A stretch of 64,000 nucleotides of DNA, taken from contig JAKUUM010000006.1 of the NCBI GenBank assembly GCA_022447065.1, positions 761 through 64,760 on the forward strand, given 5' to 3'. Source of the stretch: SAR86 cluster bacterium (GTDB lineage Bacteria > Pseudomonadota > Gammaproteobacteria > Magnimaribacterales > Magnimaribacteraceae). The notes under the pieces were generated by a model. That model did not search any database. It saw only the letters and a program-made list of their open reading frames with translations, and was not told where the DNA came from. Position numbers and translations under genes: made by a program. Positions 56,910-64,000 of the stretch are shown here, piece after piece (the stretch's first letter is position 1; the number at the start of each line of letters is the position of its first letter).

Positions 56910-58529
56910 ATGAGTTATCAGGTTTTAGCAAGAAAATGGCGCCCAAATAGTTTCTCAGAAGTTGTTGGTCAAGAACATGTAATCAAAGCTTTATCCAACG
57001 CTTTAGATAGCAACAAAATACACCAAGCGTATTTGTTAAGTGGTACTAGGGGAGTAGGAAAAACCACTCTTGGAAGAATACTAACTAAATGCTTAAACTG
57101 TGAAGAGGGTCTGAAATCTTCTCCGTGTAACAAATGTCTTTCTTGTGAAGCTATAAATGAGGGGCGTTTTATGGACTTTCAAGAAGTTGATGCTGCTTCG
57201 CGGAGAGGTGTAGAGGAAACTCAACAACTGCTTGAAACAGTAATGCATATGCCAAGTTCTTCTAGATATAAAGTTTATCTTATTGACGAAGTGCATATGC
57301 TATCCAAACATAGCTTTAATGCCTTACTCAAAACTTTAGAAGAACCTCCTCCACATGTTGTTTTTATTCTTGCTACAACAGAACCAGAAAGCGTTCCAGC
57401 CACGGTGCTTTCAAGGTGTTTACAATTTCATTTAAAGAATTTAACTCCAGCTCAATTGAGTGAAAGATTGAAAGAAATTTTAAAGGAGGAAGGCATAAAA
57501 TTTGACTCAGAGAGTATCAATCAGATTTCAAGAGCAGGGCGGGGAAGTCTAAGGGATTGCCTAACTATCGCTGACCAGGCCATAGCTTTTTGTAATGGAA
57601 AACTAACTGATTCAAATGTTTCGGAGATGCTTGGTACTTTACCCTACGATCATGTTTACAGCTTGATCGATTGTGTTATTAATGAGAAATCTAACGATTT
57701 GGTTCAGAAGTTAAAAATTATTTCTGATTTAAATGTTGACTATCAAAGGTTGATGGATCTTCTTTTAGAAGCCCTGCAACATATGGCAATAGTGCAAATT
57801 TCTCCTGAGAGTGTTTCTGATCTAAATCTTCCTTCAGAGGAAGTAGTTTCTTTAGCCAATTCTATGGAAGCTGAAGAAATACAAATTCTTTATCAAATAG
57901 GACTAATTGCAAAGAGAGACTTAGACTTAGCTCCTAATATTGGTGATGGGTTTGAAATGGCTTTATTAAGGATGATGTCTTTTCTTCCAGAGAATAAAAT
58001 TACAAAAGAATCTAAAAAAAAAGAAGAAAAAGATGAAGTCTTAGTTAAGAAGGATTTAAAACCAAAGAAAGAAATTAAAGCAAGTGACCCAGAAGAAAAG
58101 AAAAAGTCCATAAAATCGGATATTTCCCTAGAGTTTTTAGATCAAAAAGAATGGAATACTCTTTTCAATTCCCTGCCACTTGATTCTGGAACTAAGCAAT
58201 TAATTTCTCATTGCTCCTTTTTAAGAACAGAAGATGCAGTCGTATATTTTTCTATGCCTAAAGATAAATTAGAGATTCTTAACGGATCTCATAGAGAAAA
58301 ATTCCAAGATAGTCTGAGTGAAATTTTAGACCAAGAATGCCATATCTTCTTTGAGGAAGGAGAAGTAAATGATACCTCTCCAAATAAAACCAAGGAGAAG
58401 AAAAAAACTAAAAAATTAAATAAAGCTACTAAATCAATAAAAAATGATCCAAGGATTAAAACCATCATAAGTTCTTTAGGAGGCAAGATAGTAGAGTCTT
58501 CTATAACTCCTAACGATTCTAATGAGTAA
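56910..58529 (+). CDS. dnaX: DNA polymerase III subunit tau (and possibly gamma)
   Basis: 539 aa. Walker A GTRGVGKTT, zinc module CLNCEEGLKSSPCNKCLSC, DEVHML and SRC. A9 run at 58014-58022. Confidence 0.9.
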   Translation: MSYQVLARKWRPNSFSEVVGQEHVIKALSNALDSNKIHQAYLLSGTRGVGKTTLGRILTKCLNCEEGLKSSPCNKCLSCEAINEGRFMDFQEVDAASRRGVEETQQLLETVMHMPSSSRYKVYLIDEVHMLSKHSFNALLKTLEEPPPHVVFILATTEPESVPATVLSRCLQFHLKNLTPAQLSERLKEILKEEGIKFDSESINQISRAGRGSLRDCLTIADQAIAFCNGKLTDSNVSEMLGTLPYDHVYSLIDCVINEKSNDLVQKLKIISDLNVDYQRLMDLLLEALQHMAIVQISPESVSDLNLPSEEVVSLANSMEAEEIQILYQIGLIAKRDLDLAPNIGDGFEMALLRMMSFLPENKITKESKKKEEKDEVLVKKDLKPKKEIKASDPEEKKKSIKSDISLEFLDQKEWNTLFNSLPLDSGTKQLISHCSFLRTEDAVVYFSMPKDKLEILNGSHREKFQDSLSEILDQECHIFFEEGEVNDTSPNKTKEKKKTKKLNKATKSIKNDPRIKTIISSLGGKIVESSITPNDSNE

Positions 58530-59127
58530 AATAAGTCCACTTGTTGACAGCTTAATTGAAGCATTTCAATGCTTGCCTGGCGTAGGTCCAAAATCAGCCA
58601 GAAGGATGGTCCTACACTTATTGGAGAAAGATAGAGAAGGGGGTAAGGTTTTAGCAGAATCCTTAACCCAGACCTTGAGTTATGTAGGGAAATGCAATGA
58701 ATGCAGGATATTCACAGAAACAGAAACTTGTATTATTTGTAACGACAAAAAAAGAGACGCTAATACCCTTTGTGTTGTTGCATCTGTATCAGATGTTTTT
58801 GCAATAGAAGAAAGCCATCAATATAGGGGTAAATATTTTATATTACATGGTCATCTATCGCCTATAGATAACATGGGACCTCAAGAGCTTGGATTAGACC
58901 AACTTTTTCATATTGTCAAAGATAAGCAACTTTCAGAAGTCATATTAGCTACCAATTCAACTTTGGAAGGCGAAGCAACTGCCCACTTTATTTTTGAAGG
59001 CCTAAAGAAGATAAATTCTTTAACAATTAGCAGATTGGCCAGAGGGGTACCTTTGGGAGGCGAATTAGAATATGTTGACGGGGGGACAATTTTGCACGCC
59101 CTGAGTGGAAGAACTAGTTTGAAATAG
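58522..59127 (+). CDS. recR: Recombination protein RecR
   Basis: 201 aa. HhH LPGVGPKSA, C4 zinc finger CNECRIFTETETCIIC, and a Toprim domain. Confidence 0.9.
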   Translation: MSKISPLVDSLIEAFQCLPGVGPKSARRMVLHLLEKDREGGKVLAESLTQTLSYVGKCNECRIFTETETCIICNDKKRDANTLCVVASVSDVFAIEESHQYRGKYFILHGHLSPIDNMGPQELGLDQLFHIVKDKQLSEVILATNSTLEGEATAHFIFEGLKKINSLTISRLARGVPLGGELEYVDGGTILHALSGRTSLK

Positions 59128-59156
59128 ATAATTATTAACTCAGTGGTTAACTGAAT

Positions 59157-60443
59157 CTAATTTTTATATAAGTCTAAAACTGCCGCTGTCATCGCTTTAA
59201 TCCCAGTCGAAATAGTGGGCTCGGGGTCTGGTAAAAAGAAGGCAGAGTGAAGAGAAGGAAGGCTTATATTATCTCTTAAAGATTTATCGTAAACACTCTT
59301 ATTAACAGCTCCTAACCAAAATAAGACAGTGGGAATTATGGGTTCTACCCTACCGTACATACCAAAATCCTCACCTCCCATTACAGGGGAGAGTTTTAAA
59401 ACTTTATCTTCTCCCAGGGCATTCTCAAAACTAATTCTGAGTTTCTCTGTTAAATCCAGGTTATTAAAAAGTGCAGGCGTGTATTCATCTTTTAACGTAA
59501 CTTCTGGGTATAAATCTTTCGGAAGTCCATTAGCTTCTGCTAGCCCTCTAGCCATTCTTCTTATTGCAGAAATTATTTGGTTCCTTACGTCATCTGTATA
59601 AGAGCGCACTGTTAACTGCAGCCTTACTTCACTAGGAATTACATTATGTTTGGTTCCTCCGTGAATAGAACCAACAGTAACAACTGCTGCATCTATGGGC
59701 GCTATCTCTCTACTTACTATAGTTTGAAGACTGTTAATTAACTGTGATGCCATAACAATAGGGTCTTTGGTGGTATGCGGGTAAGCTCCGTGTCCTCCTA
59801 CTCCTTTCAAGGTGATATCAACAGAATCAACGTTTGCCATTGCCCAACCCGGTACATAACCTACCTTTCCTGCAGGCAGGTCTGCACTTACGTGTAAAGC
59901 TAGATTAAAATCAGGTCTGGGAAATTTCTCAAATATACCTTCTTTAATCATATTTCTAGCACCGCCACTAACTTCTTCAGCCGGTTGAAGAATGAGTAAT
60001 AGGTTTCCTCTCCATTCGTCTTTTCTCTCCATCAGATTAATAGCTGTGCCTATGAGGGAGGTCATATGTATATCGTGACCACAAGCGTGCATTGTGAAAA
60101 CTTCATCTCCTACTTGGTTGAAAGATTTAGTTTTACTAGCGTAACTTGACCCAGTTAATTCTCTCACAGGCAGACCATCCATATCGGCTCTTATCATCAC
60201 TGTTTTACCTTCGCCGTTTTCTAGCAGAGCAACTACTCCATAACCAGCAAAATTCTCAGTAACTTCAAACCCTAGATCGATTAGCATGCTGGCCAGTTTT
60301 TTTGAGGTTTTTTCTTCTTTAAAAGAAAGTTCAGGATATGAGTGAAGTTGCTTATATAAAGTTAACAGATCGAGACTATTATTTGCTTTCAAACCTGAGG
60401 AAGAAAGGATAAAAATAAATATAATAGGGAGTATAATTTTCAT
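59157..60443 (-). CDS. M20-family amidohydrolase (hippurate-hydrolase/aminoacylase-like), secreted
   Basis: 428 aa with a signal peptide. MHACGHDIHMT metal-binding motif. Confidence 0.8.
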   Translation of the reverse strand: MKIILPIIFIFILSSSGLKANNSLDLLTLYKQLHSYPELSFKEEKTSKKLASMLIDLGFEVTENFAGYGVVALLENGEGKTVMIRADMDGLPVRELTGSSYASKTKSFNQVGDEVFTMHACGHDIHMTSLIGTAINLMERKDEWRGNLLLILQPAEEVSGGARNMIKEGIFEKFPRPDFNLALHVSADLPAGKVGYVPGWAMANVDSVDITLKGVGGHGAYPHTTKDPIVMASQLINSLQTIVSREIAPIDAAVVTVGSIHGGTKHNVIPSEVRLQLTVRSYTDDVRNQIISAIRRMARGLAEANGLPKDLYPEVTLKDEYTPALFNNLDLTEKLRISFENALGEDKVLKLSPVMGGEDFGMYGRVEPIIPTVLFWLGAVNKSVYDKSLRDNISLPSLHSAFFLPDPEPTISTGIKAMTAAVLDLYKN

Positions 60444-60514
60444 AATATTTGCAGTAATGCCTTTTTGTGTGGTATCAAAATAGCATATAACTGTTCAACA
60501 GGAAATTATTGTTT

Positions 60515-61081
60515 ATGACCATAAAATCAGATAAATGGATTAGAAAAATGGTCCAAGAAAAAGGGATGATAGACCCTTTTGAACCAAATCAAATAAGAAC
60601 GAATAATGGTAAAAGATTAATTTCTTATGGGACCTCTTCATATGGCTACGATGTTAGATGCTCCAATGAATTCAAAGTTTTTACTAATATAAATTCAGCA
60701 ACTGTAGATCCAAAGAACTTTGATGAAAGCAGCTTTGTAAATTTCGTGGGTGAGGAGTGTGTCATTCCTCCAAACTCCTTTGCATTAGCAAGTACAGTAG
60801 AATATTTCAAAATTCCTAGAAATGTGCTTACGATTTGTCTTGGAAAATCAACATATGCCCGCTGTGGAATAATTGTTAACGTAACTCCTTTAGAACCAGA
60901 GTGGGAAGGCCATGTAACTCTGGAATTTTCTAATACCACTAGTTTACCGGCGAAAATATACGCCAATGAAGGTGTCGCGCAGATGATATTTTTAGAATCT
61001 GATGAAGAGTGTGAAACCAGTTATAAAGACAGAGGAGGGAAATACCAAGGACAAACTGGAGTAACTCTCCCTAAAGCCTAA
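60515..61081 (+). CDS. dcd: dCTP deaminase
   Basis: The ATG at 60515 gives [12 protein letters not shown]..., the usual Dcd N-terminus (the track's TTG is at 60509). GYDVR and the LEFSN region are present. Confidence 0.9.
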   Translation: MTIKSDKWIRKMVQEKGMIDPFEPNQIRTNNGKRLISYGTSSYGYDVRCSNEFKVFTNINSATVDPKNFDESSFVNFVGEECVIPPNSFALASTVEYFKIPRNVLTICLGKSTYARCGIIVNVTPLEPEWEGHVTLEFSNTTSLPAKIYANEGVAQMIFLESDEECETSYKDRGGKYQGQTGVTLPKA

Positions 61082-61773
61082 TCAATAATTTCCAAGCTTT
61101 TTAAGAGAAAGTCCGATTGTCTCCTATCCTTGTTTAAAATTCTCACTACTGCAAAGTCTAATTCAGGAGCGAACCAGTACACTTGTTCTCTCTCTTCATC
61201 CGGTGCGAATTCTCGGCTTAACTTTAAAGCTTTAAAATTACCTAAAGGCGTTTTGATATCCTCAAATCCTTCTAATAGATAAGTTCTTTGCTTTATTTCA
61301 CCTCTGAAAAAGATTAAATATTTTATTTTTTCAGGCAAAGAATTTAGGTCCAGTCTTCTTAAATCTAATCTCATTTGTAGTTGAGCTGTTGCAGGACCTA
61401 AAGTTCCTTCGATTAATGGAATGGATTTCTTATCTTTACCTTCTTGGTAGTTTGCTTTGAGATTTTCCCAATCAAAAGAAGTAGAGCTTCTAATCTTTTT
61501 AAATAGGATTCTCATTCTTATTTTATGACTTAAAGGAATTAGATTTTCTTTGCTTAATTTAAAGATAGAAATTTCTTCTCTTTCGAAGACTCTACCTCCA
61601 TCAACAAAAGATCTCATTTCCCATAAGTTATCTTCTTTTTTTGTTATCAAAAACTCCATCTCACCACTATCCATAGACAATATGGTTCTAGAGGCTTTTA
61701 TACCAGAGAGATCCTTACTTATAAGATTAAAAGAAAATACGGTTAACAAAATAAGAAGGAAATTAATTTTCAT
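61078..61773 (-). CDS. DUF3108-like secreted protein
   Basis: 231 aa with a signal peptide. Located immediately downstream of purN, as DUF3108 genes are in pseudomonad-type gammaproteobacteria. The call is mainly positional. Confidence 0.5.
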   Translation of the reverse strand: MKINFLLILLTVFSFNLISKDLSGIKASRTILSMDSGEMEFLITKKEDNLWEMRSFVDGGRVFEREEISIFKLSKENLIPLSHKIRMRILFKKIRSSTSFDWENLKANYQEGKDKKSIPLIEGTLGPATAQLQMRLDLRRLDLNSLPEKIKYLIFFRGEIKQRTYLLEGFEDIKTPLGNFKALKLSREFAPDEEREQVYWFAPELDFAVVRILNKDRRQSDFLLKSLEIID

Positions 61774-62404
61774 CTTTACCCTTAATTATTAATTCTTTTC
61801 CGTCAAAATAAACTTTATCTCCAGATAGTTTTAGCAGACCTTCCCCAAACCAATTAATTACTTTTGGGTATAGTTCGTGTTCAAGTTTATGAATTTGATC
61901 TTCCAATTCTACAACTGAAGACGTATTAATTTTTAAGGATGATTGAGCGCAAATTGGCCCTCCATCTATGCTGTCATCAACAAAGTGAATAGTAATTCCA
62001 TGGACCTTATCTGAAGACTCTAAAACTCTTTCATGAGTATTTAACCCTGGGTACTTTGGTAATAGAGAAGGGTGTATATTTAAAAGTTTTCCATTATAGA
62101 CTTTAACAAATAGGGGACTTAAAATTCTCATGAATCCTGCTAAGACAATCAGATCTGGTTCATATTTTGCTAGGACTTTGATCATCTCGTTATCAAAGTC
62201 TTCTCTATTATCAAAGTCATCATTATTAATGACCTCGGTTGGGATACCTGCTTTTTTAGCTCTTATCAATCCATAGGCTTCTTCGTTATTACTTAAGACG
62301 CAACATATCTTGCCGGAGACTTTCTTTTCTTTCACTGCATTAATCATAGCTTGTAAATTTGATCCATTTCCAGATATGAATACAGCAAACAAAAAATCAG
62401 TCAT
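61763..62404 (-). CDS. purN: Phosphoribosylglycinamide formyltransferase
   Basis: 213 aa. ISGNGSNLQA, NIHPSLLPKYPG and HFVDDSIDGGPI. Confidence 0.9.
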   Translation of the reverse strand: MTDFLFAVFISGNGSNLQAMINAVKEKKVSGKICCVLSNNEEAYGLIRAKKAGIPTEVINNDDFDNREDFDNEMIKVLAKYEPDLIVLAGFMRILSPLFVKVYNGKLLNIHPSLLPKYPGLNTHERVLESSDKVHGITIHFVDDSIDGGPICAQSSLKINTSSVVELEDQIHKLEHELYPKVINWFGEGLLKLSGDKVYFDGKELIIKGKDEN

Positions 62405-63469
62405 TTAATTTAAGGTAATATCTAAAGAAGCTTCCTCTTTTTTCTTAAACTCAACAGTACCTATAATTTTAGAAGGAATTGTTAACTTCTCTAGTAAATC
62501 CAAAGCATTATTAACGTCATTTTCTTTAATAGACAAAACCATACCGATACCACAGTTAAAAGTTGAGAGCATTTCTTTTTGTTGAATTTCCCCTTTAGAC
62601 CTGATCCATTCAAAAAGTTTAAAAGCTGGCCATTCAGTTTCATTGAAAGAAAGTATAGCTTTCGAATCAGAATTTAAAATTCTTGGGATATTTTCGTAAA
62701 ACCCACCACCCGCAATATGCGAAATAGCAGAGATTTCAATTTTTTCTTTTAATTCAAGAATCTCTTTAACGTAAATTTTGGTTGGAGTTAAAAGTCTTGA
62801 GCCAACAGTTTCACCTTGAATATTGGATAAGAGTAATTGTGGGTCTTTATTAATTATCTTTCTAATTAAAGAGAATCCATTTGAATGTACTCCGTTAGAA
62901 GCCAAACCAATTAAAACGTCTCCCTTCTCAGCTAAATTCTGACCAATTATTTTTTTTTGATCCACTATTCCTAATGCAAAGCCTGCAAGGTCAAAACTTT
63001 GATAAGGAAAACTATCAGGGTGTTCAGCTGTCTCTCCTCCAACCAGAGAACAATTTGCCTGTTTGCAACCCTCCGCAATGCCTGAAATAACTTCTGTAGC
63101 TAAATCGACATTTAATTTATCAGTTACGTAATAATCTAGAAATAACAGGGGCTCTGCTCCACAAGTAATAAGATCATTGACGCACATTGCTACTAGATCT
63201 ATTCCAATAGTGTTGAATTGTTTCATGGCCTTGGCTATTTCTATTTTGGTGCCTACTCCATCTGTACAAGTTACTAAAATAGGATTATCAATATGACTGG
63301 GAAGTTTACTTAAGGCTGAGAAAGAACCTAATCCTGAAATTATTTCAGGTCTCTTTGTTTCTTTAACTAACGGTTTTATTTTATTTACCAGTTTATAGCC
63401 AGCTTCAACGTTAACTCCAGAATTTTTATAACTGAGTGATTTGTTTTCTTTTGGAACTTTGGTGTTCAT
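62405..63469 (-). CDS. purM: Phosphoribosylformylglycinamidine cyclo-ligase
   Basis: 354 aa. DGVGTK, GGETAEHP and SNGVHSNGFSL. Confidence 0.9.
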   Translation of the reverse strand: MNTKVPKENKSLSYKNSGVNVEAGYKLVNKIKPLVKETKRPEIISGLGSFSALSKLPSHIDNPILVTCTDGVGTKIEIAKAMKQFNTIGIDLVAMCVNDLITCGAEPLLFLDYYVTDKLNVDLATEVISGIAEGCKQANCSLVGGETAEHPDSFPYQSFDLAGFALGIVDQKKIIGQNLAEKGDVLIGLASNGVHSNGFSLIRKIINKDPQLLLSNIQGETVGSRLLTPTKIYVKEILELKEKIEISAISHIAGGGFYENIPRILNSDSKAILSFNETEWPAFKLFEWIRSKGEIQQKEMLSTFNCGIGMVLSIKENDVNNALDLLEKLTIPSKIIGTVEFKKKEEASLDITLN

Positions 63470-63535
63470 AGAATTAGAATTACTTTAAGTATTTTAACAA
63501 TCATCTTAAATTAGTTCTGCTTGTTATTTTTTGAA

Positions 63536-64000
63536 ATGAAGAAAATTTGTTTATCAGTATTATTTCTCATTAGTTTCTCCGCTTCTTTTTACGGAGAAGA
63601 AGGTTATGCATTTAAAAAGTTTTATGAAATAGAGGTGGAACTAGATGGAACAGATAGAGATTCTGTGACCGAAGGCATGGGAAGAGCTTTGAAGAATTTA
63701 ATGATTAGTTTGTCCGGAGTTTCTGATATTAATAACCAAGCCATTGTAGAAAAAGCCATTGAAGATTCAGAAAGATACGTAACTGAATATAGATTATCAT
63801 CTGAGGCTGAAAATATTTTAGGCACTTTTTCTTTTAATGGCGAAGAGGTCAGAAAACTACTTTCTAGTAATAATCTCCCTTTGTGGATAGGTATAAAACC
63901 CAAGATACTTACTTTCCTTCCTTGTAAATCCCAATCTTTTCTGATCCTTGATGAGCAAGATGTTTTTATGCAGCGGAATAAACTATGTACCGAGGTTGAA
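63536..64000 (+). CDS. DUF2066-like secreted protein, 3' end outside the window (not in the track)
   Basis: Open frame from the ATG at 63536 to the window end: MKKICLSVLFLISFSASFYGEEGYAFKKFYEIEVELDG... It has a signal peptide and is divergent from purM, as in pseudomonad-type synteny. Confidence 0.5.
   Translation, partial: MKKICLSVLFLISFSASFYGEEGYAFKKFYEIEVELDGTDRDSVTEGMGRALKNLMISLSGVSDINNQAIVEKAIEDSERYVTEYRLSSEAENILGTFSFNGEEVRKLLSSNNLPLWIGIKPKILTFLPCKSQSFLILDEQDVFMQRNKLCTEVE

Noticed and set aside
63622-63903. 93-aa minus-strand track ORF
   Set aside because: It is antisense to a better-supported plus-strand frame. That frame runs open from the ATG at 63536 to the window end, has a signal peptide, and sits in the expected DUF2066 position divergent from purM.

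Overview
Gene-dense, AT-rich chromosomal segment with about 70 coding genes, 3 tRNAs and 1 riboswitch. I found no rRNA, CRISPR array, integrase or transposase. Conserved gene orders point to a gammaproteobacterium: ccmABCDEFGHI, smc-zipA-ligA, mnmC, dnaX-recR, dcd, and DUF3108-purN-purM divergent from a DUF2066 gene. The low G+C, overlapping gene ends, many acyl-CoA dehydrogenases, esterases and PhyH dioxygenases, and a TonB-dependent vitamin-uptake operon suggest a streamlined marine heterotroph. A SAR86-like lifestyle is possible, but that is inference only. Housekeeping blocks are interrupted by accessory or mosaic stretches. (a) 4.9-7.9 kb holds a sulfotransferase, a lid-less APS-kinase-like mini-kinase, a NadM-like mini-nucleotidyltransferase and a 2-hydroxyacid dehydrogenase. 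(b) 29-42.5 kb is a tRNA-Leu/tRNA-Val-punctuated mosaic. It contains a TPP-riboswitch-controlled TonB receptor plus PnuC-like transporter, and a visibly G+C-richer block (cytochrome c, TauD-family dioxygenase, periplasmic amidohydrolase). It also has a cluster of tiny low-complexity ORFs that share a duplicated 33-nt leader element carrying a conserved 6-codon mini-ORF. (c) 47.5-48.6 kb is a ~1.1 kb G+C-rich insertion whose end is read through as a TonB-receptor-plug-like tail on a thioredoxin-like gene. Other oddities are an 827-aa SMC that seems to lack a hinge domain, an A9 slippery run at the tau/gamma position of dnaX, and dnaX overlapping recR with no ybaB between them. All family calls come from motif recognition by eye; no searches were run.
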